Positions 12,901-27,100 of a stretch of 64,000 bases of DNA are shown piece after piece. The number at the start of each line of letters is the position of its first letter. Position 1 is the first letter of the stretch. This DNA comes from Octopus sinensis (Eukaryota): assembly GCF_006345805.1 (NCBI RefSeq), contig NC_042998.1:39122001-39186000 (forward strand), given 5' to 3'. The notes under the pieces were generated by a model. It worked only from the letters and a program-made list of their open reading frames with translations, had not been told where the DNA came from and searched no databases. A program made the translations under genes and the position numbers.

Positions 12901-15900
12901 AGAGTGGGTTGATACCTGAAACCTTAGGTACCCACAAGCTTTCAATAGTCTTTCAAGTGCTCAAAACCACCCAGATAATCATTCCTGTCCCTAAGAGGCA
13001 AACTTTCTGTAGAAGCTCTACAAGACATTCAGTTCCAATCTCCTTCAACCATTTGTCTATATTTTTAATTACAGTTCCCAATGCACCAATTAAAAACCTT
13101 TACAGTTTTCATACTCCAAATCCTTGCAATTTCAAATTTTTAAGGGCTTTTTTTTTTTTTTTACTAATTTTTCATCCTCTTTCTTTAGAATCCTGGAATC
13201 AAATGGACATGATGGATCAACAAGCAAGCAACTTTGCTTTTCCTTGTCCATTATTGTTATGTCTGGTCTATTATTTTTTAGCTTTTTATCAATTTGAATG
13301 GGAAATTCCCATAAAATTTTGCATTTCTCCCACTCCATCATTCTTTCGACCTCGTGATCACACCAGGTACCTCCAGACTCAAATCCCCATTTCTCACAAA
13401 GCTATCAGTGTAAAATGTTCACAACTTGATCATCTCACCATTTCTTATATTCTTCATATCATTCTGCAACAATGTCTGCCACTGTCTCTTCCCAAATTTC
13501 ACAGGCTCTACATTTTTATGACTCTTTCTCCCCAGACACATATTTTCTCAACTTGTTTGTTTTTATTGTTTGATCTTGAGCTGCTATAATAAGGGCTCTC
13601 TGTTTCTTTTTTAACTGCCCTTTCTTTTTTGAACCAAGCTCAGGATTTTCTTCCACATACATCCTCATAGTCTTTCCAAAACTGACCACACAAATGTTTC
13701 TCTTCAGTCTGTTTAACATGCTCTCTTTAAATTTCATTCTTGTCCCTTTTCTCCTATTCCACACTTTATCAACTGTTCTTTATTAACTCTTTATTATTAT
13801 ATTTCATTTTTGGATTTGGTTTGCAAGATTCTTTATATGAGTTTGTGTGTTGAAGCATATTCTGTTGTGTCTGGGGAGAGTCATTGTCTTTTTGTGCCTT
13901 ATAATGTAACACACTCACTGGTAAAATTTCCACTTTTTACTTATTTTTATTTTCCTAAAATTTTCGTTGTGTCTTGCAACCTTTTCAATAATTTTGACTC
14001 TCTTTATCATTATTATTATTATTATTATTATCATTATTAAGACTGCGAGCTGTGGCATGTTGGACAAAGTGCACAGTAGCATTTCATCAGTTTTTACAGG
14101 CTCTGAATTCAATTTCTGCCGTGGTCAACTTTGCTTTTCATCTTTCCGAGTCAATAACAATATGTCCCAGTGGTCAAGCACCGGGGTCGATATAATCAAC
14201 TAGCAAAATAAAGTTACTATTTTTAAGTGTTAATAACTTTATTCTGGAAAGTGGTTTTTATAACGTATATAACTTTCCAACGAAAATAGCATTTCGATTC
14301 TACAAGAGATATGAGCATTCCATGATGGGAATTTTCCTACCAAACAGGTTCGTTTTTAGACAACCTATATTGCTAGATCCATTAGATATTTAGTTAGTTT
14401 CCTTTCTTTTAAATTAAATAAATAATTAATTTGATTGTGAATGAAATTAAATCATCATCTTCCAGTGAAAGAAATTTCACTTCAAACCTATCATCAGTGC
14501 AACGAGGTCTGGATTCATAATAAATCTACATAAGATCTATGTCACACTTAGTCGTAATGTATTGTTTACTGTTTATACATGCAAGCTTCATGATCCTACA
14601 TGAATACTGCGGTTGTTTCCAATGACTCTCTGATAATGTGTCAATATTCCTAGTCATTGTAATGTATTTTGTCGATTTTGAGATTTTATGAATCACCTAT
14701 TGAGTCAAGTACATCAACATCGAAAATCAATGGAAATAGTAGTTGTGATCCCTGTGCTGGTGGCACGTAAAAAGCACCATCCGAACTTGGCCGATGCCAG
14801 CACCGCCTTGACTGGCTTCTGTGCTAGTGGCACGTAAAAAGCACCAACCGATCGTGACCGTTGCCAGCCTTGCCTGGCACGTAAAAAGCACCTGCTACAC
14901 TCACGGGGTGGTTGGCGTTAGGAAGGGCATCCAGCTGTAGAAACACTGCCAGATCAAACTGGAGCCTGGTGCAGTCCCATGGCTTCCCAGACCCCGGTCG
15001 AACCGTCCAACCCATGCTAGCATGGAAAACGGACGTTAAACAATGATGATGATGAAATCAATTCCTCTTTAGCGTAAATAGAATTAATTTTGTTTCTTTC
15101 AAATAACCAACAACATATCTAAAATATCAAATACGGCGGTGATAGCAGAGAATTATCTCCTGCTAGTGATATAAATCAAGAGTGCTTATATGCACCATGA
15201 AACATTTGAGAGGTTCTCTCATGGTAAATAACACAGTATTTTGTGTTCTAAAACAACATCCACTTTTAAATGGGAGATAAACACCATCTTTTGGTATTAA
15301 TACGGCTTCTATTGCTGCTTATTATCAAATTCTAATTTATTTTGTGGATACGATGCGTAATATTATGTGTGTGTGTGTGGGAGCATGCAAATCTTTGTGT
15401 TTGGTATGGATGTATGCATGCGTATGTATGATCCAATGGTGATATCATTTATCCCTTTACATATGTTTTGATATGGCTTTAAAGAGGCGCGTGTGCATGC
15501 TTACATTCATGTGTGTGAGATTATGTACACATAGGTATTTAAATGCACATGGGTATATGTGTGTGTGTGTGTATCTATGACATAGACGTCTTTACAAATC
15601 TGCATTCTGCATGTACCATAAGCATTGATATGTTACACACAAATACACACACACACACACACATTACATGTGTATGTGCATGTATATAGAAAGGAAGGAA
15701 GGAAAGAAGGAAGGAAGGAAGGAAAGAAGGAAGGAAGGAAGGAAAGAAGGAAGGAAGGAAGGAAGGAAGGAAGGAAGGAAGGAAAGAAGGAAGGAAGGAA
15801 GGAAAGAAGGAAGGAAGGAAGGAAGGAAGGAAGGAAGGAAGGAAAGAAGGAAGGAAGGAAGGAAGGAAGAGATGGTGACTGTATTTTGGAAACAGCTTTT

Positions 15901-17213
15901 CATTAATACTCGTCTGGTAGAAATTTCCCCAGCTATGACTTGTAATAATAAGTAATTTTTGTTGCCTTTTTAGATATAGTTTAAAGAATAACACCTGCTT
16001 AATCAATAATTGGGAAATCTGCCTCCTCTTAGCTGTTCTCTCTGCTGTTGTTCCAGCTGTTGTTCAAATAAACTGTACGCTTGAAAATCTAATGGCAGCA
16101 CTAAGCAACTCATTGCAACCCCAAGTCTGTTCTTCACCACATGAGCAGTCTCAATGCAGCAGCAAACTCTACATTTGTGCTAACAATTAGGCTAAAATAA
16201 CAACAATTGTAAGAACAATATCAACAAGGATTACGGCTATAATCCTTTTGAAACAATTGGAGGACGAAATGATATTTAGAACTCCAGGCGGCTAGTTGGC
16301 AGAAACGTTAGCACGCCGGGCAAAATACTTAGCGGTATTTCGTCTGCCGTTACGTTCTGAGTTCAAATTCCGCCGAGGTCGACTTTGCCTTTCATCCTTT
16401 CGGGCTCGATTAAATAAGTACCAGTTACGCACTGGGGTCGATGTAATCGACTTAATCCGTTTGTTTGTCTTTGTTGGTCCCCTCTGTGTTTAGCCCCTTG
16501 TGGGCAGTAAAGAAATAGATATTTAGAACTCCAACACGAATTTTGGTAATGTAAGTGTCGATGGAATGACTGGCACACATAACAATTCTACTGATTAAGA
16601 CGGTGTAACATATAATGGTATGAATTATGCAGCCCACCAATTTTCCCATCCCAACTTTATGTAATTTTAAGAAGAAATTCAAATGCCTACAAGGAAATAA
16701 ATAACTGACCAAAACCATTGTAAGATTAATGCAACATTGGAACTGGTTGGCATATTTTTGCTTCTGTGGATTCTACTTCTTCCATTTTTAAATCAATATT
16801 ATTGATGTACTTCAGAGAGCATTGTAAATAGTCTTTGCAACTATATCGTGCCTCAGGGGCAGGGAGTATCTTGCAGACATTTTGGGGAAGCTACTGGGGA
16901 TGTGGGTGATACATTATGTACATCATTTACGTTTGACAGATATTTGTCCTCATCTTGTTTGTTGTTAACACAACATTTCGGCTGATCTACCCTCCAGCCT
17001 TCATCAGGTGTCTTTGGGGAAATTTCGATCCTGGGTTCTCATTCCTAAGGTATTTTTCAATGTTACTATTATTATTATTATTATTCAGGTCACTACTTGG
17101 AATCAAACTTGGAATCTTGGGGTTAGTAGCCTGTGCTCTTACGGGCATATGGCTTAGTGGTTAAGAGCGCGGGCTACTAACCCCAAAATTCCAAGTTCGA
17201 TTCCAAGCAGTGA

Positions 17214-17248
<35 letters not shown>

Positions 17249-19387
17249 GTAACAATACCGAAAAATACCTTAGGAATGAGAACCCAGGTTCGAAATTTCC
17301 CCAAGACACCTGATGAAGGGTATATCAGCCGAAACGTTGTGTTAACAACAAACAAGATGAGGACAAATATCCGTTAAATGTAAATAATGTACGTAATTCC
17401 TCATCTCTTATATATAGAACTGGATGTGGGTGATATCTTCCACTCTGGTATAGCAGAGCCGACATTTTCTATCACATCTTCGAGGTTTGGTCTTGTTTAT
17501 CAGGTATTTATTAGATATCTCATGTCCTTGAATAGCGAAGGTGTATCGTTCGAGTTGGGATGTAATGTATCTGTCACAAGTCCAGGGGAGGCTACTCTTT
17601 CAGTCAATGTTGTTGTTGCGCTCTAGCTTACAGGGTACGTACCCATGCATTGCATTTTGTTGGTATGATACCTGCTCCCCTTCCAAGCTTCTGTGTAGGT
17701 AGACTTGTCCAGCCTCATTTGGGTTGCATGAGACGGTTATATTCTCAGAATACCTACACAGTAGTTGATCTCACATTTTGACTGTGCATGGAATGTACTC
17801 GTTTCTTTCTTTACTGTTCAGCAGGTGTTGTCTGAATGATACGATACGACATTCGAAGGACCTCACGCCTCCACCGCCGCCGCCATCACTATCACTGTTA
17901 ATGTGAAAGTTGCCAGTGGTGGTCAGTTTTGATGTCCAGGGCTGTGTACCTTATCAGGTGTCCAGTCCAATATCCCAAATGCTGATACTAGCACTGGTAC
18001 TGCAAAAGCTTTGTAAGATACGATCTTGTTAAATGCAGACAACTCTGGGTTCTATACTTTCTGGAGTCTACAGAAGTACTCTTTTGTTATTCTGGCTTGT
18101 GACAACACCAATGTATGCAACATTCTCATTGATTCCGAGGTACTTGTTGCTTTCATCATTAGAGATATATTTCTTTATTACCCACAAGGGGCTAAACATA
18201 GAGGGGACAGACAAAGGGATTAAGTCAATTACATAGACCCCAGTGCGTAACTGGTACTTAATTTATCGACCCCGAAAGGATGAAAGGCAAAGTCGACCTC
18301 GGCGGAATTTGAACTCACAACGTAACAGCAGACAAAATACGGCTACGCATTTCGCCCGGCGTACTAACGTTTCTGCCAACTTGCCGCCTTCATTATTAGA
18401 GATAGTGGAGATAGACGAGCCATTGATGTACATGTTCTCTGTCTGGTTGACAATCTTTCTCCAGTTGACTATCGTGTACGAGTATTTCTCTTGCCCCAAC
18501 CCCATTCCTAAATCTTATGACTAGTTCTAATTGTCTTTTGATGTTGGTTATATTATCGGAATACAACTTTAGGTCATCAACAAAAAACGTGTGGGTAACA
18601 TTAACTTTATTACCTTTCTGTCTATCCCAGCATGCACTCTCCAGCATTTTGTTAACAGGGCTGACATGGTATTCACTACCAGCACAAACAGCATCACAGA
18701 TAAACTATCACCCAGGAATATGTCGATAGTCTAATTCGGTCTGTAATAATAGGTGTTGCTTTAGTAGTTGCCAGTCAGTCTTTCAAAGGCATTCACTAAA
18801 GCAGCTGGTCCTTTGGCAAGGTGTTGTAATTCTATAACCCATGAGTGGGACACAGAGTTGAACGCCTTCTGGAAATCTAGCCATTAAGAGATTACGGCAA
18901 TGTTGCTTGGCTTCATTAAGAACAGCTTTGTTGATCAGAAGGCGTTCAAGCACAGCCCCACACTCCTTTCTTTCCTCCTATGTATGTATGTGTGTATGTA
19001 TATATGTACATTCCTATTTATACTGTAATTAAAAGGTAAAACAATAAACATGGATTATTGTACTTACCAACAGGTAAAAATTCCTTCACGGTCACCTCGT
19101 ATGTCGGAAGCAGGAATTCTGGCCTGTTATTGTTGATATCCTTAGAATATACAAATTACAAATTAATAGAAAAAAAAGCACACAGATGCACACACACATA
19201 CACTCGCATATATATATGCATATATATATATATATGCATATATATATATATATGCATATATATATATATATAAGCTTCTGTATTCCTAGCACATATTTCG
19301 CCTTAATGTACTGATATATGAAAAATATATGGCTTGTGTTAGTAATACCAGCGATTATAATTATTTTTATTTTATCGCAATTTGATT

Positions 19388-19427
<40 letters not shown>

Positions 19428-21139
19428 GAAATTTACAGAAAATCAAAAGACAAAGACAGGTGTATAAACAACAAGCAGATGTATTAGTTTGTCACTTGGA
19501 AAGGAGAGAAAGTCTTTAATGTTTCGAGCCTATGCTCTTCAACAGAAAGGAACACGAGGAAATAAACAGTGAGAGAATTAAAAAATATGAGTGAGTGGAC
19601 AAACGAAAGAAGGGCACTCAACACATTTATTGAGAGTTACATGTATAGATCAAAACAGTTTGATCCAAATTCATTGGTACTCTTGAGTTTCAAGCGTGAA
19701 TCTAGTCGAGTGCCAACAAATTATCAAAGTGTTTTGATATAGATATATATATACATATAAAGGGGGAATTAGAGCAGGTGCCAAAAACTATAGGCCTATC
19801 TCTCTGACTTCACCAGCAAAGTCATGGAATGGATAGTCAGAGGGAAACTAAACGCATTCCTTGAAGAACATAACTTGCTGAGTGATACCCAGCATAACTT
19901 TCGACCATGTAGGAGCTGTCTGACCCAGCTCTTACAACATTATGACTGGGTGTTGAGGCAGTTACTCAACACTCCCGGAGCCTAAGTCAGTGATGATACC
20001 TCTTTCCAAGTACACATTACCAGGATGGCGACAAAGTACAGACGACTGGCTGGATGGATCCTAAGAACATTCAGAACCAGAGATAAGGAAACCATGACAG
20101 TCCTCTGGAGGACATTCGTCCTCAGCGGCCTGGATTACTGCTCACAGCTATGATCACCCACAGTGTGAAATTAACAGCAGACCTTGAAGCAATCCAGAGA
20201 AGTTTCACAAAGAATATCATCTCTTTGCAAAAGCTCAGCTACTGGGAAAGGTTGAAACAGCTAAGACTCTACTCCCTGGAGAGAATATGGGAGAGGTATG
20301 CAGTAATATACATCTGGAAGATCATGGAAGGAATTGTGCCAAATTTTGGCATTGAAAGCTATACCATGTTGGTAACTCCAGGGTTGTGTGTGTTTATGAA
20401 AGGGATGATGTTTTCTTTGTTTTTTGTTTTTGGAGTTCTGAGTTGTGTGATGTCCAGTTTCATTGCTCTTGAGATTCCGTTTTTCATTAATTTGAGTGGG
20501 TATTTCTGTTCTAGTAGGAAGTTTTTAAGTTCATTTAGTCTTATTTAGCGTGTTTGTGAGTCGGTCACTATGCTGCATATGCGTCTTGCCATGCTATATG
20601 GAATGTCTCTTTTTATGTGGGATGGGTGGCAGGAGTAGAAAATTAAATATTGGTGTGTGTCGGTTTTTTTTGTAGTAGATGTCTGTTGTGACGATGGAGT
20701 TGTGTATCTTGATGTTGATGTCTAGGAAGGGAAGTTCGTTGTGGCTGGTATCTATTGTGAAGTTGATAGATGGGTGCAGTGTGTTGAGGATGTTGCGGAA
20801 TGTTCATAGATCTTCTCTAATCTGTTCCAGAAGATGAAACAGTAAAAACAACCAAAACAAACGAAAAGATACAACAAACCTTTCATAAACACACACAACC
20901 CTGGAGTTACCAACATGTTTCAAATCATACATTCAAACCTACCAATAGTCCTACAAAGCCCCAAAATGGGAAACATATTAAACAAATACTGCATTAAAAA
21001 AAGTAAATGCCAAGAGAAAAATCCGAAGAAATAACTAACAAGAGCGAAATTCTCATCAGAGACAAAAACCAAATTCTTTGTAAAACAGTGTGGAGATGGT
21101 AGATGTGGGATCTGCAGTAACCCCACCTACAAATACAAG

Positions 21140-21170
<31 letters not shown>

Positions 21171-24100
21171 GTACACATATACATATGAATCCTCTTTCTA
21201 TAGGCTACGTTTGATGTTATATCCTCTAAAGGTTTTTTTTAAAAATTAATAGCACTCTGTTCATCATTACACACATCCATCACATTCTTTTAAAATGTCT
21301 TATTGATGAGTTTGGTTTATTTCTTCATCTCCCCGAAGAGAAGATTACATTGTTTCATATCATTTTATTCTTTGGAATAATACCAATGTTGTCTTCGAAA
21401 CATGTGTCGGAAGTAAAAGAATTTGAATAACACCTGCGTTTAACTCTATTTATATATTTATATAAATTATACAAAATATTTCACATCAACCCGGAGTTTC
21501 TACCTTTAAAAACAGGGTGTTACGTCCTAATTACTTGTGTGATTTTTTGCTGCCCTGGTAACTATTTATCTATTTTCCTGTGTTAATTGTAAACAAATGT
21601 AGTGTTAATGCAGAAAGTAATTAAAGAGAAACATATCTACTTACTATTATATTGATAGTGGCCAAAGTTGAAGATGACTGAACATTAGCACCATTATCAG
21701 TTGCCAATACCGTCAGAAATATCCTATCAAAACAAGAAAATAAACATCACATGCAGAAAATTCAAGGCATTTTTATTGCATTTAGATAATAAATTGTCAT
21801 TTATTATTGTTGTTTTACTTCTCAGATCTTTTGATCTTTGTTCTAGTAGATTCTGTGAGCGTAGACAGCAGCCTGCCGTCAAAGGTCTCACAGGGTCTCT
21901 TTCCGCATGTTATAAGTTTTGATACTTGGCTGTTAATTATCATGAGAGACATTCAACATCCAAGTACCAATCTCAAAATTTTAGCTGTCCCCAGCATTCA
22001 TTGATCCCCTTATAAAATTTGATATATTATCTGACATCTGTACCAGCTCAAGACTTTCTAAAAATCCAGAAATGGGAGACCATGCCATACGCCTTCTTAT
22101 AATTGATCCAAGCCATGCCCAGATTAGTCTTTTCTTGCAGTCGTTCAGTACCATTCCATCTATCAGAAATTGGTCTTTTGTCCCTCGGCTTTTCCTTCTG
22201 TACCCTTTCTATTCCACTGGCAGTTTGTCATTCATTTCCAGGAAGTTATACACATAATTAGATATTATTCCTGTCATCAGCTTCCACATCAGGTGCAGAC
22301 AGGTGATAAGCCAGTAATTATCCACTATATTGTCGTTGCTGGGATCCTTTTGGCAAAGATTTATTTTACCTGTGGTAAACCACTATTATTATTATTATAG
22401 TTATCATCATCATTAGGATGACAAGCTGGTGGAATCGTTAATGCACCAGACGAAATGCTTAGTGGTATTTCGCCCATCGCTACATTCTGAGTTCAAATTC
22501 CGCCAAGGTTGACTTTACCTTTCATTCTTTTAAGGTTGATGAAATAAGTACCAGTTGAATACTGGGGTCGGTGTAATTGACTTATCCCTTCCCCCAAAAT
22601 TGCTGCCCTTGTGGCAAAATCTGAAACCATTTTATTATTGTTGTTGTTGTTATTATTATTATCATTAGGGTGGTGAGCTAGCAAAATCATTAGCATGCCA
22701 GGCAAAATGCTTAGCGATATTTCATTCATCATTATATTCTGAGTTCAAATTCTGCCAAGGTCGATTTTGCTTTTTATCCTTTCAGGGTCAATAAATTAAG
22801 TACCAGTTGCGTACTGAAGTTGATGCAATCAACTTAACCCCTCCCACAAATGTTCAGGCCTCATACCTATAGTAGAAAGGAATATCGTTATTATTCGCTT
22901 TTCTTATTAATTCTTTTTAAAATTTATTAATATCTTTTATCTCGAGGTTTGTCCCACTTTCTGTCTTGATTAGCGATTCTCAACTGGAGTCCATATGACC
23001 CTCAGGCATCCACATGACTTGGGAAGGGGGTAATATTGGCCTCTGGGATCTATATGTGATTTTGTTAAAATTTATGTGCAATGAACAGGTTATACTTCTA
23101 CAGAACACAAAAAATATTTTCACAATTTTTCAACACAATTCCTAGTAATGTTTATTAAAATAGAATAATAGGGTTTTTTAAACGTTGAGAGGCTATGAGA
23201 GTCCAGCCATGTAAAAGAGGAGTTAAAGGGGCCCATTAGCTAAAAATGGTTGAGTACCCCTGATCTAAGAATTACTCTTGCACTAAGAAAGGATATCAGT
23301 GGTAAATTTGCATTTGTACAACAAAAACAATTGTTGTAATGCATTAAAATAAATACATGAATAAAAAACGATCTGATTAAGGAAGAACCAAAGTATCTCG
23401 ACATAAATGCAACAATATTTGTTCTGACACAAAACTTTTGAAATGAATATGAAGCAGGAATTTAATGTTCTGTTATTTCCATTTTTACATTTCCCTATTC
23501 GCTTTGCAAGATACTTCATGTGAAATCATGTCTTGATACAGATATTGTTTTATTTAGGGATGGTCATTTTTCCAGTAAACATACCATTTCACTTCAGCTT
23601 TATTACTATTATTAGTTATTGATTATTTTGTCAAAGCTTTTTCCTCACACATTTGTGACCTCCTCCATGACAATTTGTTCTTCTTCATTGTGTCTCTGCT
23701 TTCTGGCTTTATTTTGTTTATTCCATCTCTTCTTTTTGCAGTACATATCTTTGTCTGTGCATGCGTTTGCATCTGCGCCTCTATGTGTGTGTGTGTGTCT
23801 CTTGTGTGTGAGTGAGGGTTGCATAGTGTAATGTTTCTCTCTATGTCTCCATTTTCTCCTCTGACCCTACACCATCTTTTTTCTCCTCTTTAAGTTTTCA
23901 CCAGTGTTTTTACCCTCTCCCTTCTGCTACGAATTGTCTCTCCAATATATATGTCACTGTGATGTTTCTGCCCTATGCCCCTGTATAACTTATTCTATAG
24001 GCTACTTTCCCAGTTTTGCAGTTAACCTGTAGGTTTAATGTACATACTGTACTGTTCCTATCCGTACAGAGGGTTCTTTTCGAAAGATTCAAACACTGCA

Positions 24101-27100
24101 GTATAAAAACTCACTGCTCAAATGGTACTTCTTTTGATGATCCCAAAAGAACAAAAGGCAAAGCCGACCTTGGCAGAGTTTGAACTCAGAATGTAAAGAC
24201 AGGTGAAATGCTACTGAGTACTTTGTCCAGCGTGCTAACGATTCTGCCAGCTCGCCATCTGAGTCTTTTTTCTTCATATTAAAAAGAAATAAATGTATAG
24301 GAGAGTTTGTGAATAGGAGTGATTGTGAGTGAGTGTGGATGCCATTGTGAGCGAGTGTGGATGTCATTGTGAGCGAGTGTGGATATCATTGTGAGTGAGT
24401 GTAGATGTCATCGTGAGTGAGTGTGTATGCCATTGTAAGCGAGTGTGGATGCCATTGTGAGTGAGTGTGGATGCCATTGTGAGCGAGTGTGGATGTCATT
24501 GTGAGTGTAGATGTCATTGTGAGTGAGTGTGGATGCCATTGTGAGTGAGTGTGGATGCCATTGTGAGTGAGTGTGGATGCCATTGTGAGCGAGTGTGGAT
24601 GTCATTGTGAGCAAGTGTGGATGTCACTGTGAGTGAGTGTGGAGGTCATTGTGAGCGAGTGTGGAGGTCATTGTGAGTGAGTGTGGAGGTCATTGTGAGT
24701 GAGTGTGGAGGTCATTGTGAGCGAGTGTGGATGTCATTGTGAGTGTGGAAGTCATTGTGAGTGAGTGTGTATGCCATTGTAAGCAAGTGTGGATGCCATT
24801 GTGAGCGAGTGTGGATGTCATTGTGAGTGTAGATGTCATTGTGAGCGAGTGTGGATGCCATTGTGAGTGAGTGTGGATGCCATTGTGAGTGAGTGTGGAT
24901 GCCATTGTGAGTGAGTGTGGATGCCATTGTGAGTGAGTGTGGATGCCATTGTGAGCGAGAGCGAGTGTGGATGTCATTGTGAGCAAGTGTGGATGTCACT
25001 GTGAGTGAGTGTGGAGGTCATTGTGAGCAAGTGTGGATGTCATTGTGAGTGAGTGTGGAGGTCATTGTGAGTGAGTGTGGAGGTCATTGTGAGCGAGTGT
25101 GGCTGTCATTGTGAGCGAGTGTGGATGTCATTGTGAGTGAGTGTGTGTAAAAATTACTGACAACAACTAATGACTTACGTGCTGGAGTTTTGTGGTGCAT
25201 CTTCCATCATTAAGGACCGTACAACTGAAATAACACCAGTGTTGCTATCAATCCTGAAAGCATTATCGTTCGTATTTCCACCAATAATGCTGTAAGTCAT
25301 CACAGAGTTGGAATCTTTGTCTGTTGCCTGAAAATAAAATATCTCTATTTTATTTTATCTATTCTAACATATTTTAGTTTATCATATAGGTGACAAAGAA
25401 CCTCTCGCTCAGAGTAAAAGGCAGACTGTATGATGCATGTGTACAAACAGCCATGCTACATGGCAGTGAAACATGGGCCGTGACTGCTGAAGATATGCGT
25501 AAGCTTGCAAGGAATGAAGCCAGTATGATCCAATGGATGTGTAATGTCAGTGTTCATACTCAACAGAGTGTGAGTACCTTGAGAGAAAAGTTGGACCTAA
25601 GACACATCAGATGTGGTGTGCAAGAGAGACAATTGCGCTGGTATGGTCATGTGGCAAGAATGGATGAGGATAGCTGTGTGAAAAATGCCACACCCTAGCG
25701 GTTGAGGGAACTTGTGGAAAAGGTAGACCCAGGAAAACCTGGGATGAGGTGGTGAAGCACGACCTTCGAACATTAGGCCTCACCGAGACAATGACTAGTG
25801 ACCGAGACCTTTGGAAATATGCTGTGTGTGAGAAGACCCGGCAAAACAAGTGAGACCATAACACATGGCCTTTACCAGGGGTGTAGCCAGCCCACTTATG
25901 CATACCTTTCCTTCTTTGGACACAAAACTCTGCTTGCGAAGACCTGTTGAGGCAAGTGAAATCGAAATCGAACCAAATTTGATGACTGGCACCCATGCCA
26001 ACCTTCCTTCATTGGACAATAAACTCTGTTTGCGAAAACCTGTTGGGGCAAGTGAAATCGAAATTGAGCCAAATTCGATGACTAGCACCTATTCCAGTGG
26101 AGCGCTAACAGCTCCATCTAAGTGAGATCACTGCCAGAGAAGCTGTCTGGTTTCCATGCCGGTGGAACATAAAAAGCACCATTTGAGCGTGATCGTTACT
26201 AGCATCGCCTTACTGGCATGTGAACAAAACATTCGAGTGAGGTCATTTCCAGTACCGCTGGACTAGCTCCTGTGTAGGTGACATGTAAAAAACATCATTT
26301 GAGCGTGGACGTTGCCAGCACCACCAGACTGGCCCTCGTGCCAGTGGTACGTAAAAGCACCCACTACACTCTTGGAGTGGTTGGCGTTAGGAAGGACATC
26401 CAGCTGTAGAAACTCTGCCAGATCAAGATTAGAGCCTGGTACAGCCATCTGGTTCGCCAGTCCTCAGTCAAATCGTCCAACCCATGCTAGCATGGAAAGC
26501 AGACTTTAAATGATGATGATATAGGATGTCATAATACGTATACTTCGGTAACAGACTTCGATTTCACAAATCTAAGCCATTTGAATACTTATCAACTTCT
26601 ACCCAGCTTGATGTTCCATCAGCCGATCTCTCTCATTTAGTTTATCTCCAGGTAAGCATTATCAGAAGACGAAATGTATTTTCCACTAAAAGTCACTTGG
26701 TAACGATAATTCTGCATAACTGACTAGTGTTTCTTCAACTGTGTGTGCGTGATGTGTATGTGTGTGTGTGTGTGTCTGTATGTATGTGTGTGTCTGTATG
26801 TGTGTGTGTGTGTACTTGTGCACGTTCATTGTGTTGCATGCGTGGAGAGCACCCGGAGACAATCAGCCCCATAAACTCTGGATACAGCAGACTGGCACCA
26901 TCAGAATTCTTGCAAAGACATGGCAGATCAGTATACCGAGACAAAACAATGTACATGATATCATCATCATCATTATTTACTGTCTTTGCACAACTTCTAA
27001 CATTGGAGATGTACTACAGTGCCAGCTGTTCACTACCAGTGAACTCAGGTAACACCCTTTATTTTTCAAGCACCATCCAGAGTATTCAAGCGGTTCCAAA

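Noticed and set aside
12909-13589. 226-aa plus-strand ORF
   Set aside because: Antisense shadow of the R4/Dong-like LINE remnant; no recognisable motifs.
15575-16006. KEGR / PSFL repeat proteins
   Set aside because: Translations of the (GGAA)n microsatellite.
17143-17205. Functional tRNA gene (also the heads of SINE families B, C and D)
   Set aside because: Only A/B boxes and an anticodon-like loop; no complete acceptor stem, and each runs into a repeated SINE body.
24325-25146. CRISPR-like array or repetitive protein (TMASTLTH / HSQWHP ORFs)
   Set aside because: Contiguous tandem units with no unique spacers, eukaryotic intron context and no cas genes; the ORFs are by-products of the repeat.
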